Positions 28,259 to 34,881 of a stretch of DNA of 64,000 bases are shown piece by piece. The notes under the pieces were generated by a model. That model had not been told where the DNA came from. It searched no databases and was given only the letters and a program-made list of their open reading frames with translations. This DNA is from Planctomycetota bacterium (GTDB lineage Bacteria; Planctomycetota; UBA1135; UBA2386). Numbering within the stretch: the stretch's first letter is position 1; each line of letters opens with the position of its first letter. A program made the translations under genes and the position numbers. The stretch covers positions 3,072,001 through 3,136,000 of the forward strand of contig JBKAGP010000001.1 of the NCBI GenBank assembly GCA_046290465.1, in the 5' to 3' direction.

Positions 28259-30175
28259 TCAGCGCGGCACCGATGGCGTCAGGTGGTCCTGCAGGTCTCC
28301 CGAGCCGAGGCTCGCGAAGAACTCGACGATCGCCCGCGAGGCCGGCCACTCGAACGGCCGATCCTGCAGCAGGCGCGGCCGCTGTTGCGCACCCGGCCAC
28401 GCGTGGCCGCCGCCCTCGAGCGTGACGACCCAGACCGGCGTCGGCTGCTGGTCGCCCTTCTTGCGCACGTACTTCGCGACGCGAACGCCGCCGCGCGCGG
28501 CTTCGTCCGGGTAGGCGAGCAGGCCGTTGCGCTCGACGTAGTAGTCGACCGCGTCCTGCAGCGACGCGTCGACCCGACGGCTGCGACCGGCGCCGGTCTC
28601 GCCGCCGCCGATGCGCACGTGCTCGTCCTTGCTGCCGTGGATCATCAGCACCGCGATCGGCGTCGACGCGTCGACCCCGGTCAGGTTCATCGCGCCGGCG
28701 ACCGGCGCGATGCCCTGGAACACGTCGGCCGCCTCGCGCGCCAGACGATGGCACATCATGCCGCCGTTGCTGTGGCCGGTGACGTAGACGCGGCTCGCGT
28801 CGATCGCCACGCGCTTCTGGATGTCGGCGACGACCGTCTTGCAGAAGTCCACGTCGTCGATGTCGTTGCGCGCCGCGTAGACGTCGATGCCGCCCGCGTT
28901 CCAGGTCAGCAGCTTCTTCGGCAGGCGCCCGGTGCCGTCCGGGAACGCGACCACGAAGCCCTTCTCGATGCCGACCTTGTCGAGGTCGGTGACCGCGCGC
29001 GCGTGCTCGCCGTTGCCGCCGCCTCCGTGCAGCACCAGCAGCAACGGCAGACCCGCCTGGTTCTGATCGTGCGGCGGAACGTGCAGGTGGTAGCGACGAT
29101 CGCGGCCGCCGTGACGGAGCTGCACGGTCTCGGCCGTGCCGACGACCTGCGGCGAGACCACCGCCGCATCGATCGCCTCGAACACCGGCCGCAGCTGCCG
29201 GCGCACGACCGCACCGCGGTCGCGCACCGCGAACACGCCGCCGTGGCTGCGATCCGGCGCGATCCACGGCGTGAAGCCGAACGCGCCGGGATCGCTCAGG
29301 CGAACGACCTCGTCGCCGTCCATCTCGATCCACGTGCCGAGCCCGTAGCGCGCGTCGTCGGCACCGGCGGGCGCCCGCACGACCACGCGCGGCGGCACCT
29401 GGTCGCGCAGCATCTCGTCGATCGCCTTGCGCCCCAGCACCTGCTCGCCGTGCCAGCGGCCGTCGGCGAGCAGCATGCGCACGAAGCGCGTGTAGTCGTT
29501 GAGCGTCGAGACCGCACCGCCTGCGACCCACGGCAGCGCCGCCTTGCCGGGTTCGGCCGCGATCGGATGCAGCGCGCCGAAGTGCGTGTCGCGCATGCCG
29601 AGCCGATCGCCGATCCGCTTGCGGAACAGCTCGTGCCAGCTCTCGCCGGTGGCCCGCACTGCACACAGCGCGACGACCTGGAAGCCGACGCCGCCGTAAC
29701 GGAACGCGTCGTTGGGGCCCGTGCGCAGCGCCTCGTCCGCAGCCTCCTCGGCGAAGCGATCCATGTCCCAGCCGCGCATGCGGTCGTTCATCCGCGCCGG
29801 CAGGCCGCTGACGCACGACAGGCACTGGCGCAGCGTCACGCGCCGCTTGTCGTCACGGTCGAACTCGGCCACGTAGCGCGCCACCGGATGCTCGAGCTGC
29901 AGCGTGCCGTCCTCGACCAGCGTCATGATCGTCGCGACCGCCAGCCACTTGCTCGCCGATGCGATCGGGATCACCTGGTCGGCGGCGAACTGGCCGTGCA
30001 GGCTGCGGTGCAGTTCGCGGCCGCCCCGGAACACGGTCAGGCCGGCGCCGTCGGCGCGCAGGACCTTGACGGCGCGATCGGCCGCGGCGCGCACGCCTTC
30101 GAGTTCGGTGGACTGCGCGGCGAGCGACAGCATGGTCGCGAGCAGCGAACAACAGACGGTCAGGATGTGGCGCAT
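28259..30175 (-). CDS. Exported fusion of a beta-lactamase-fold serine hydrolase and an LpqC/PHB-depolymerase-like alpha/beta esterase
   Basis: Signal peptide; IASASKW (SxxK) and FRYG; then LHGGGG, VAFPDG, GHSNGG (GxSxG), GGHAWPG. Confidence 0.85.
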   Translation of the reverse strand: MRHILTVCCSLLATMLSLAAQSTELEGVRAAADRAVKVLRADGAGLTVFRGGRELHRSLHGQFAADQVIPIASASKWLAVATIMTLVEDGTLQLEHPVARYVAEFDRDDKRRVTLRQCLSCVSGLPARMNDRMRGWDMDRFAEEAADEALRTGPNDAFRYGGVGFQVVALCAVRATGESWHELFRKRIGDRLGMRDTHFGALHPIAAEPGKAALPWVAGGAVSTLNDYTRFVRMLLADGRWHGEQVLGRKAIDEMLRDQVPPRVVVRAPAGADDARYGLGTWIEMDGDEVVRLSDPGAFGFTPWIAPDRSHGGVFAVRDRGAVVRRQLRPVFEAIDAAVVSPQVVGTAETVQLRHGGRDRRYHLHVPPHDQNQAGLPLLLVLHGGGGNGEHARAVTDLDKVGIEKGFVVAFPDGTGRLPKKLLTWNAGGIDVYAARNDIDDVDFCKTVVADIQKRVAIDASRVYVTGHSNGGMMCHRLAREAADVFQGIAPVAGAMNLTGVDASTPIAVLMIHGSKDEHVRIGGGETGAGRSRRVDASLQDAVDYYVERNGLLAYPDEAARGGVRVAKYVRKKGDQQPTPVWVVTLEGGGHAWPGAQQRPRLLQDRPFEWPASRAIVEFFASLGSGDLQDHLTPSVPR

Positions 30176-30343
30176 ACCCCCTCCTTATCGGCAGGTCGCC
30201 CCGCGGGGACGGAGCAGTTCGAACAGCTTCGCAGCCATGGGCGGAACGCGACCCCGGCACCTGCGCTGGGCCGCCCCGGCCGTCGGCCACGCCCGGTCTC
30301 TTTGGCCCGTCAGCAGCGCCGACACAACCCCACGAACCGAACG

Positions 30344-30478
30344 ATGTCGTCTTCCCGGCGGATCTTCCGCATCGCCGTCCTGGCCATCCTCGGCCTGTCC
30401 CTGACCGCCTGCCACTTCCACCGCCACGGCTGCGGCCGCGGCTTCCGCTACCACGCTCCGGCCCGCATCTGTCGTTGA
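30344..30478 (+). CDS. Putative 44-aa lipoprotein
   Basis: MSSSRRIFRIAVLAILGLSLTAC-HFHRHGCGRGFRYHAPARICR: basic n-region, hydrophobic h-region, lipobox LTAC. Confidence 0.55.
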   Translation: MSSSRRIFRIAVLAILGLSLTACHFHRHGCGRGFRYHAPARICR

Positions 30479-30504
30479 CCGGCCCCTCCCCGTAGCCTGC
30501 GCGC

Positions 30505-30900
30505 ATGCAGGCAACCCCACCTCGCAGCGCCGGCTTCGCGCTGCCCACCGGCGCGCTGCTCGGCGGCCTCGCCGTCGCGCTCGGCGCCTTCGGCGCCCAC
30601 GCCATGAAGAGCAGCTACGACGAGGTCGCGCTGCGCACGTTCGAGGTCGGCGTGCGATACCAGATGTACCACGCGCTCGCCCTGGTCGGCTGCGGCGCCC
30701 TGCATGCGCTCGGCTTGCGCACCCGGGCCGCATCGCTGCTGTTCGTCGTCGGCGTGCTGCTGTTCAGCGGCTCCCTCTACGGCCTGGCGCTCGCCGACCT
30801 GCGCTGGCTCGGGCCGGTCACGCCGATCGGCGGCGTCGCGTTTCTGGCCGGCTGGATCGCGCTCGCGATTGGGGTTCGGAAACGTGCGGACGCGTCCTAG
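30505..30900 (+). CDS. DUF423 (YgdD/TMEM256) family membrane protein
   Basis: LGAFGAH, YQMYHALAL, LFSGSLY, GPVTPIGG. Confidence 0.92.
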   Translation: MQATPPRSAGFALPTGALLGGLAVALGAFGAHAMKSSYDEVALRTFEVGVRYQMYHALALVGCGALHALGLRTRAASLLFVVGVLLFSGSLYGLALADLRWLGPVTPIGGVAFLAGWIALAIGVRKRADAS

Positions 30901-30910
30901 ACTCGCGGTC

Positions 30911-31144
30911 ATGCACGTGACCATCGAATACTGCGTGGTTTGAAACTACCTGCCGACGGCGTCCGGTCTGGCCGCCGCGATCGAGTCCGCGCACCCGGAT
31001 GCCACCGTCGAGAAGATCCCGGGCGGCAAGGGCGACTTCGTGGTCAAGGTCGACGGCCGCGAACTGTGGGACAAGCGCGCCCACGCAGAGACGCGGTTCC
31101 CCGAGCACGACGAGATCCTGTCGCAGCTGGCGCCGGGTTCGTAG
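30911..31144 (+). CDS. Rdx (SelT/SelW/SelH) family selenoprotein with CxxU; Sec at TGA 30941-30943
   Basis: Read-through gives MHVTIEYCVV-U-NYLPTASGLAAAIESAHPDATVEKIPGGKGDFVVKVDGRELWDKRAHAETRFPEHDEILSQLAPGS, a complete 77-aa Rdx domain. Confidence 0.9.
30957..30977 (+). promoter_or_regulatory. Putative bacterial SECIS hairpin of the Rdx gene
   Basis: CGGCG-U-CC-[GGUCU]-GG-C-CGCCG. The loop starts 22 nt after the UGA and begins with G. Confidence 0.65.
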
Positions 31145-31160
31145 CGGCGCGCGGCCGCCA

Positions 31161-31247
31161 CTAGGAGCGCGTCCATGTAGTGGACGCGCTGCCAACCGTG
31201 ATCGCGGAAGCGGCGTGTAGGCGTGTGGACGGGGCTTTGCCCGCTAG
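31161..31247 (+). repeat. 83-bp CTAG-bounded palindromic element, copy 1
   Basis: CTAG-GAGCGCGTCCATGTAGTGGACGCGCT...GGGGCTTTGCCCG-CTAG. Near-identical copies at 33259-33428 (x2, inverted) and 53382-53467. Confidence 0.9.
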
Positions 31248-31921
31248 GGCCGACGGAACCGCAGAAAGTAGTTCTCCTCGAGGCCGAGCGGCACCTCCTC
31301 CTCGAGCACGAAGCCGGCGTCGGTGACCTCGCGCACGACCTGCTGCTTGCCGCAGCGCACGTGGTCGAGCAGCCATTCGCGCGTCTTGCCGGGGATGCGT
31401 TCGAAGTCGACGATCACCAGCGAGCCGCCGGGCCGCAGCGCGCGGTGGATCGACGCCAGCGTCGCCGACGGATACTCGAAGTGGTGGTAGGTATCGCACG
31501 TGAACACGGTGTCGACCGACCCCTCCGGCAGCGACACGTCGCGGTCGGTGCAGAGCACGGCCTCGACCATCGGCTGGTTGCGTGCCCTGGTGCGCTCACG
31601 CAGGTTCGCGACGAACTTCGGCGAGATCTCGACGGCGTAGACCTTGCCGGCGTCGGTCACGTCGCGCGCGAAGAAGTCGAGGAACAGGCCGGTACCGGCG
31701 CCGACGTCGGCGACCGCCATGCCGGGCCGCAGCCCGACGGCACGTGCGATTGCGGTCCGCCTGACGAACACCTCGCGGTTGTCGGCCTCGAATCGGGCGA
31801 CGAACTTGTCGACCTCGAGGTTCGGATCGAGGAAGTTCGTGTTGATGCCGGGCTTGGCGCTCTGCTCCTCGGGAGCCGAGCTGCAGGCACAGAGCGCGAT
31901 GGCGACGAGCGAGGACAGCAT
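31244..31921 (-). CDS. Class I SAM-dependent methyltransferase with lipoprotein-like signal
   Basis: MLSSLVAIALCAC; VADVGAGTG, VYAVEIS, DTYHHFE, LRPGG. Alternative start at 31930. Confidence 0.85.
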   Translation of the reverse strand: MLSSLVAIALCACSSAPEEQSAKPGINTNFLDPNLEVDKFVARFEADNREVFVRRTAIARAVGLRPGMAVADVGAGTGLFLDFFARDVTDAGKVYAVEISPKFVANLRERTRARNQPMVEAVLCTDRDVSLPEGSVDTVFTCDTYHHFEYPSATLASIHRALRPGGSLVIVDFERIPGKTREWLLDHVRCGKQQVVREVTDAGFVLEEEVPLGLEENYFLRFRRP

Positions 31922-32900
31922 GGGGCGCATCCGCAAGATCGTATCGAGGCCGCTACGGATCTCGATCGTAACGCCCGCCGAACGCGGCAGCCGCGCCGGC
32001 AACCGCGTCACGGCGCTGCGCTGGGCCGGCCTGCTGCGAGAGCTCGGCCACCGACCGCGGCTCGCGACGACCTGGCGCGGGCAGCCGTGCGACGTGCTGG
32101 TCACGGTGCACGCGGTCAAGTCCGCGCAGGCCGCGATCGACGCGCGGCGCGCTCGACCCGACCTCGCGATCGTCACGCTGCTGAGCGGCACCGACATCTA
32201 CCCGAAGTTCGCGCCGGACGCTCGCACCGCCGAGGCGCTGCGCTGCGCCGACGCGCTGTTGGCGCTGCAGCCGCTGGCGCTCGACGTGCTGCCCACCGAC
32301 CTGCGCGAGCGGGCGCGGCCGATGATCCAGTCGGCGACCGCCGTCGACGCCCCGCGCGATCCCGGCTTTTCGGCGTGCCTCTTGGCACACCTGCGGCCGG
32401 TCAAGAACCCGCTGCTCGCGGTGCGCGCCGTCGCCGCCCTGCCGCAGCGACTGGCCTGCACGCTGGCGATCGCCGGCGAACGGCTCGATCCGGACTACGG
32501 GGACGAGGTCGAGCGCGCCGCCGCCACCGACGAGCGGGTCCGCCTGGTCGGTGCGCTCGACCGCCGCGACAGCAAGCGGTTGCTGGCACGGAGCACCGTG
32601 TGCCTGGTGCCGTCCCGAGCCGAGGGCGGCGCCAACGTGGTCAGCGAAGCGATCGCCGCCGGCACGCCGGTGCTGTGCAGCGCGATCCCCGGCAACCTCG
32701 GCCTGCTCGGCGACGACTGGCCCGGCACGTTCACCGACGACGACGTCGACGCGTGCGCGGCCCTGCTCGAGCGGACCGCGACCGACCGCGCCTTCCTTGA
32801 CGACTTGTGTGCGCGCACGCGCGCGCTGCAACCGATGGTGTGCCCCGCCGCCGAACGCGAGGCCTGGCGCGTCCTGCTGGCAGATCTCGGCGTCGGCTGA
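31920..32900 (+). CDS. senB: SenB-like selenosugar synthase (TIGR04348-type GT-B glycosyltransferase)
   Basis: IVTPA...GNRVTALRWA, VHAVKS, LSGTDIY, HLRPVKNP, EGGANVVSEA, IPGNLGLLG are SenB-family hallmarks. Start uncertain. Confidence 0.82.
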   Translation: MGRIRKIVSRPLRISIVTPAERGSRAGNRVTALRWAGLLRELGHRPRLATTWRGQPCDVLVTVHAVKSAQAAIDARRARPDLAIVTLLSGTDIYPKFAPDARTAEALRCADALLALQPLALDVLPTDLRERARPMIQSATAVDAPRDPGFSACLLAHLRPVKNPLLAVRAVAALPQRLACTLAIAGERLDPDYGDEVERAAATDERVRLVGALDRRDSKRLLARSTVCLVPSRAEGGANVVSEAIAAGTPVLCSAIPGNLGLLGDDWPGTFTDDDVDACAALLERTATDRAFLDDLCARTRALQPMVCPAAEREAWRVLLADLGVG

Positions 32901-32961
32901 GCCCCCGTCGGGTCACTACTCCTTCCCGGCACCGTTGCCGTTCCCAAAGGAGTTCCTGCCC

Positions 32962-33225
32962 ATGACCACCTCGGCGTCCAGTCCCCACGCCCGCGCCTCG
33001 CTGCGCCGCCTCTCCGCTCCCCACGCGCTCGACTTCGGCGCCCGCCTGCTGCAGCAGAGCGCCGGCGGCGTGCTGACCTTCCGCGAGTTCGTCACCATCG
33101 CGCGCGAGATGGTGCGCGAACAGCCCGAGCGCACCGCGACCTACCTGGCCGCGCTGGTCGCGCTCGACATGGGCTCGAACGACGACGACCCGCCGCTGCG
33201 TTCGCCCGAACCGTCACCGAACTGA
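32962..33225 (+). CDS. Small hypothetical protein
   Basis: AAGGAG RBS-like sequence before ATG 32962; 87-aa helical-looking product. Confidence 0.55.
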   Translation: MTTSASSPHARASLRRLSAPHALDFGARLLQQSAGGVLTFREFVTIAREMVREQPERTATYLAALVALDMGSNDDDPPLRSPEPSPN

Positions 33226-33258
33226 CGAACGTAGCGCGCCGCCGATCGGTGCATCGCG

Positions 33259-33428
33259 CTAGTGGGCAAAGCCCCGTCCGCACGCGTACACGCCGCTTCC
33301 GCGATCACGGTCGGCAGCGCGTCCACTACATGGACGCGCTCCTAGCGGGCAAAGCCCCGTCCGCACGCGTACACGCCGCTTCCGCGATCACGGTCGGCAG
33401 CGCGTCCACTACATGGACGCGCTCCTAG
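33259..33428 (-). repeat. 83-bp CTAG-bounded palindromic element, copies 2 and 3 in direct tandem
   Basis: CTAG at 33259, 33342 and 33425, spaced exactly 83 bp apart; units are the reverse complement of copy 1. Confidence 0.92.
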
Positions 33429-34873
33429 ACGATCAGGTCGCGGATCGGGTCGACGTGCTCGACGCCGACCAGCTTCTGGTCGAGGCCCGCGTGGAAGAAC
33501 GCGAGCCGGTTCGGATCGAGCCCCATCTGGTGCAGGATCGTCGCGTGCAGCTGCTTGACGTGGAAGGGCTGGTCGACGGCCTCGTTGCCGAGTTCGTCGG
33601 TCGTGCCGACCGAAACGCCGCGCTTGATGCCGCCGCCGGCCAGCCACATCGTGAAGCCCGCCGCGTTGTGGTCGCGACCGGTGCCCTTGGCGTACTCCGC
33701 CGTCGGCTGGCGGCCGAACTCGCCGCCCCAGACCACGATCGTCTCGTCGAGCAGACCGCGCTGCTTGAGGTCGGCGAGCAAACCGGCGATCGGCTTGTCG
33801 GTCGCGCCGGCGTGCTTGTTGTGGTTGTGCTCGAGGTCGCCGTGCGCGTCCCAGTTGTGGTCGTTGTGGTTGCCGCCGCTGTAGACCTGCACGAACCGCA
33901 CGCCGCGCTCGACCATGCGGCGCGCGAGCAGGCACTTGCGACCGAAGTCCTCGGTCTCCGGGTTGTCCAGGCCGTAGAGCGTCTTGGTCGCCTCGGACTC
34001 GTTGGCGATGTCGATCGCTTCGGGAGCGTGGCTCTGCATCCGGTAGGCCAGCTCGTAGCTCTGGATGCGCGCGGCCAGCGTCGTGTCCTCGCTGCGCGTC
34101 GCCAGATGGGCCTCGTTCTGCTCGCGCAGCGCGTCGAGGATGCGCCGCTGCTCCTTCGCCTGCATGCCTTCCGGAACGTCGAGATCGAGGATCGGCTCGC
34201 CGGTCGGCCGCAGCACGGTGCCCTGGTAGACCGCCGGCATGTAGCCGGAGTGCCAGTTCTTGGCGCCCGAGATCGGACCGCCGGTCTTGTCGAGCATGAC
34301 CACGAACCCCGGCAGGTTCTGGTTCTCGGTGCCGAGGCCGTAGTTGACCCAGCTGCCCAGGCACGGCGCGCCCGACAGGATGCGGCCCGAGTTCATCATC
34401 AGCATCGCCGAGCCGTGCAGCGGCGAGTCCGCGTACATGCTGTGCACGAACGCGAGGTCGTCGACGTAGCGGCCGACGTGCGGGAACAGGTCACTGACCC
34501 ACTTGCCGCTCTCGCCGTACTGCTGGAACTTCCACTTCGGCCCGACCACCCGGCCCTGGCTCTTGCTGCCGCCGCGGCCCTTGGTCTTGACGTCGATCGT
34601 CTTGCCGTCGAGCGGGTAGAGCTCCGGCTTGTAGTCGAACGTGTCGACGTGGCTCGGCCCGCCATACATGAACAGGAAGATGCAGGCCTTGGCCTTCGGC
34701 GCGTGGTGCGGCGGCTTGGGCGCCAGCGGCCCCTTGGCCGCCTCGTCGTCGCCACCGGCGAAGAAGCGATCGCGCGACAGCAGGTCGACCAGCGGCAGGC
34801 TCGCGAAGCCGCCGCCGGCCTGCCAGAGGAACTCGCGGCGCGTGCGGCCGCAGAAGAGGTTGCGAGGGTTCAT
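33425..34873 (-). CDS. DUF1501 domain protein (Tat-exported, planctomycete-typical)
   Basis: TRREFL twin-arginine signal, GGPSHVDTFDYKP, WDAH, GEFGRQP, GRDHN. Confidence 0.92.
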   Translation of the reverse strand: MNPRNLFCGRTRREFLWQAGGGFASLPLVDLLSRDRFFAGGDDEAAKGPLAPKPPHHAPKAKACIFLFMYGGPSHVDTFDYKPELYPLDGKTIDVKTKGRGGSKSQGRVVGPKWKFQQYGESGKWVSDLFPHVGRYVDDLAFVHSMYADSPLHGSAMLMMNSGRILSGAPCLGSWVNYGLGTENQNLPGFVVMLDKTGGPISGAKNWHSGYMPAVYQGTVLRPTGEPILDLDVPEGMQAKEQRRILDALREQNEAHLATRSEDTTLAARIQSYELAYRMQSHAPEAIDIANESEATKTLYGLDNPETEDFGRKCLLARRMVERGVRFVQVYSGGNHNDHNWDAHGDLEHNHNKHAGATDKPIAGLLADLKQRGLLDETIVVWGGEFGRQPTAEYAKGTGRDHNAAGFTMWLAGGGIKRGVSVGTTDELGNEAVDQPFHVKQLHATILHQMGLDPNRLAFFHAGLDQKLVGVEHVDPIRDLIV

Positions 34874-34881
34874 GGCAGGGG

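Noticed and set aside
30470..30510. C-R-TGA ending the small lipoprotein as a possible CxU
   Set aside because: Read-through runs out of frame over the DUF423 gene and gives non-protein-like sequence; no SECIS-like motif.
33259..33428. Tandem 83-bp repeats as a CRISPR array
   Set aside because: The units are nearly identical along their whole length with no unique spacers, and there are no cas genes.
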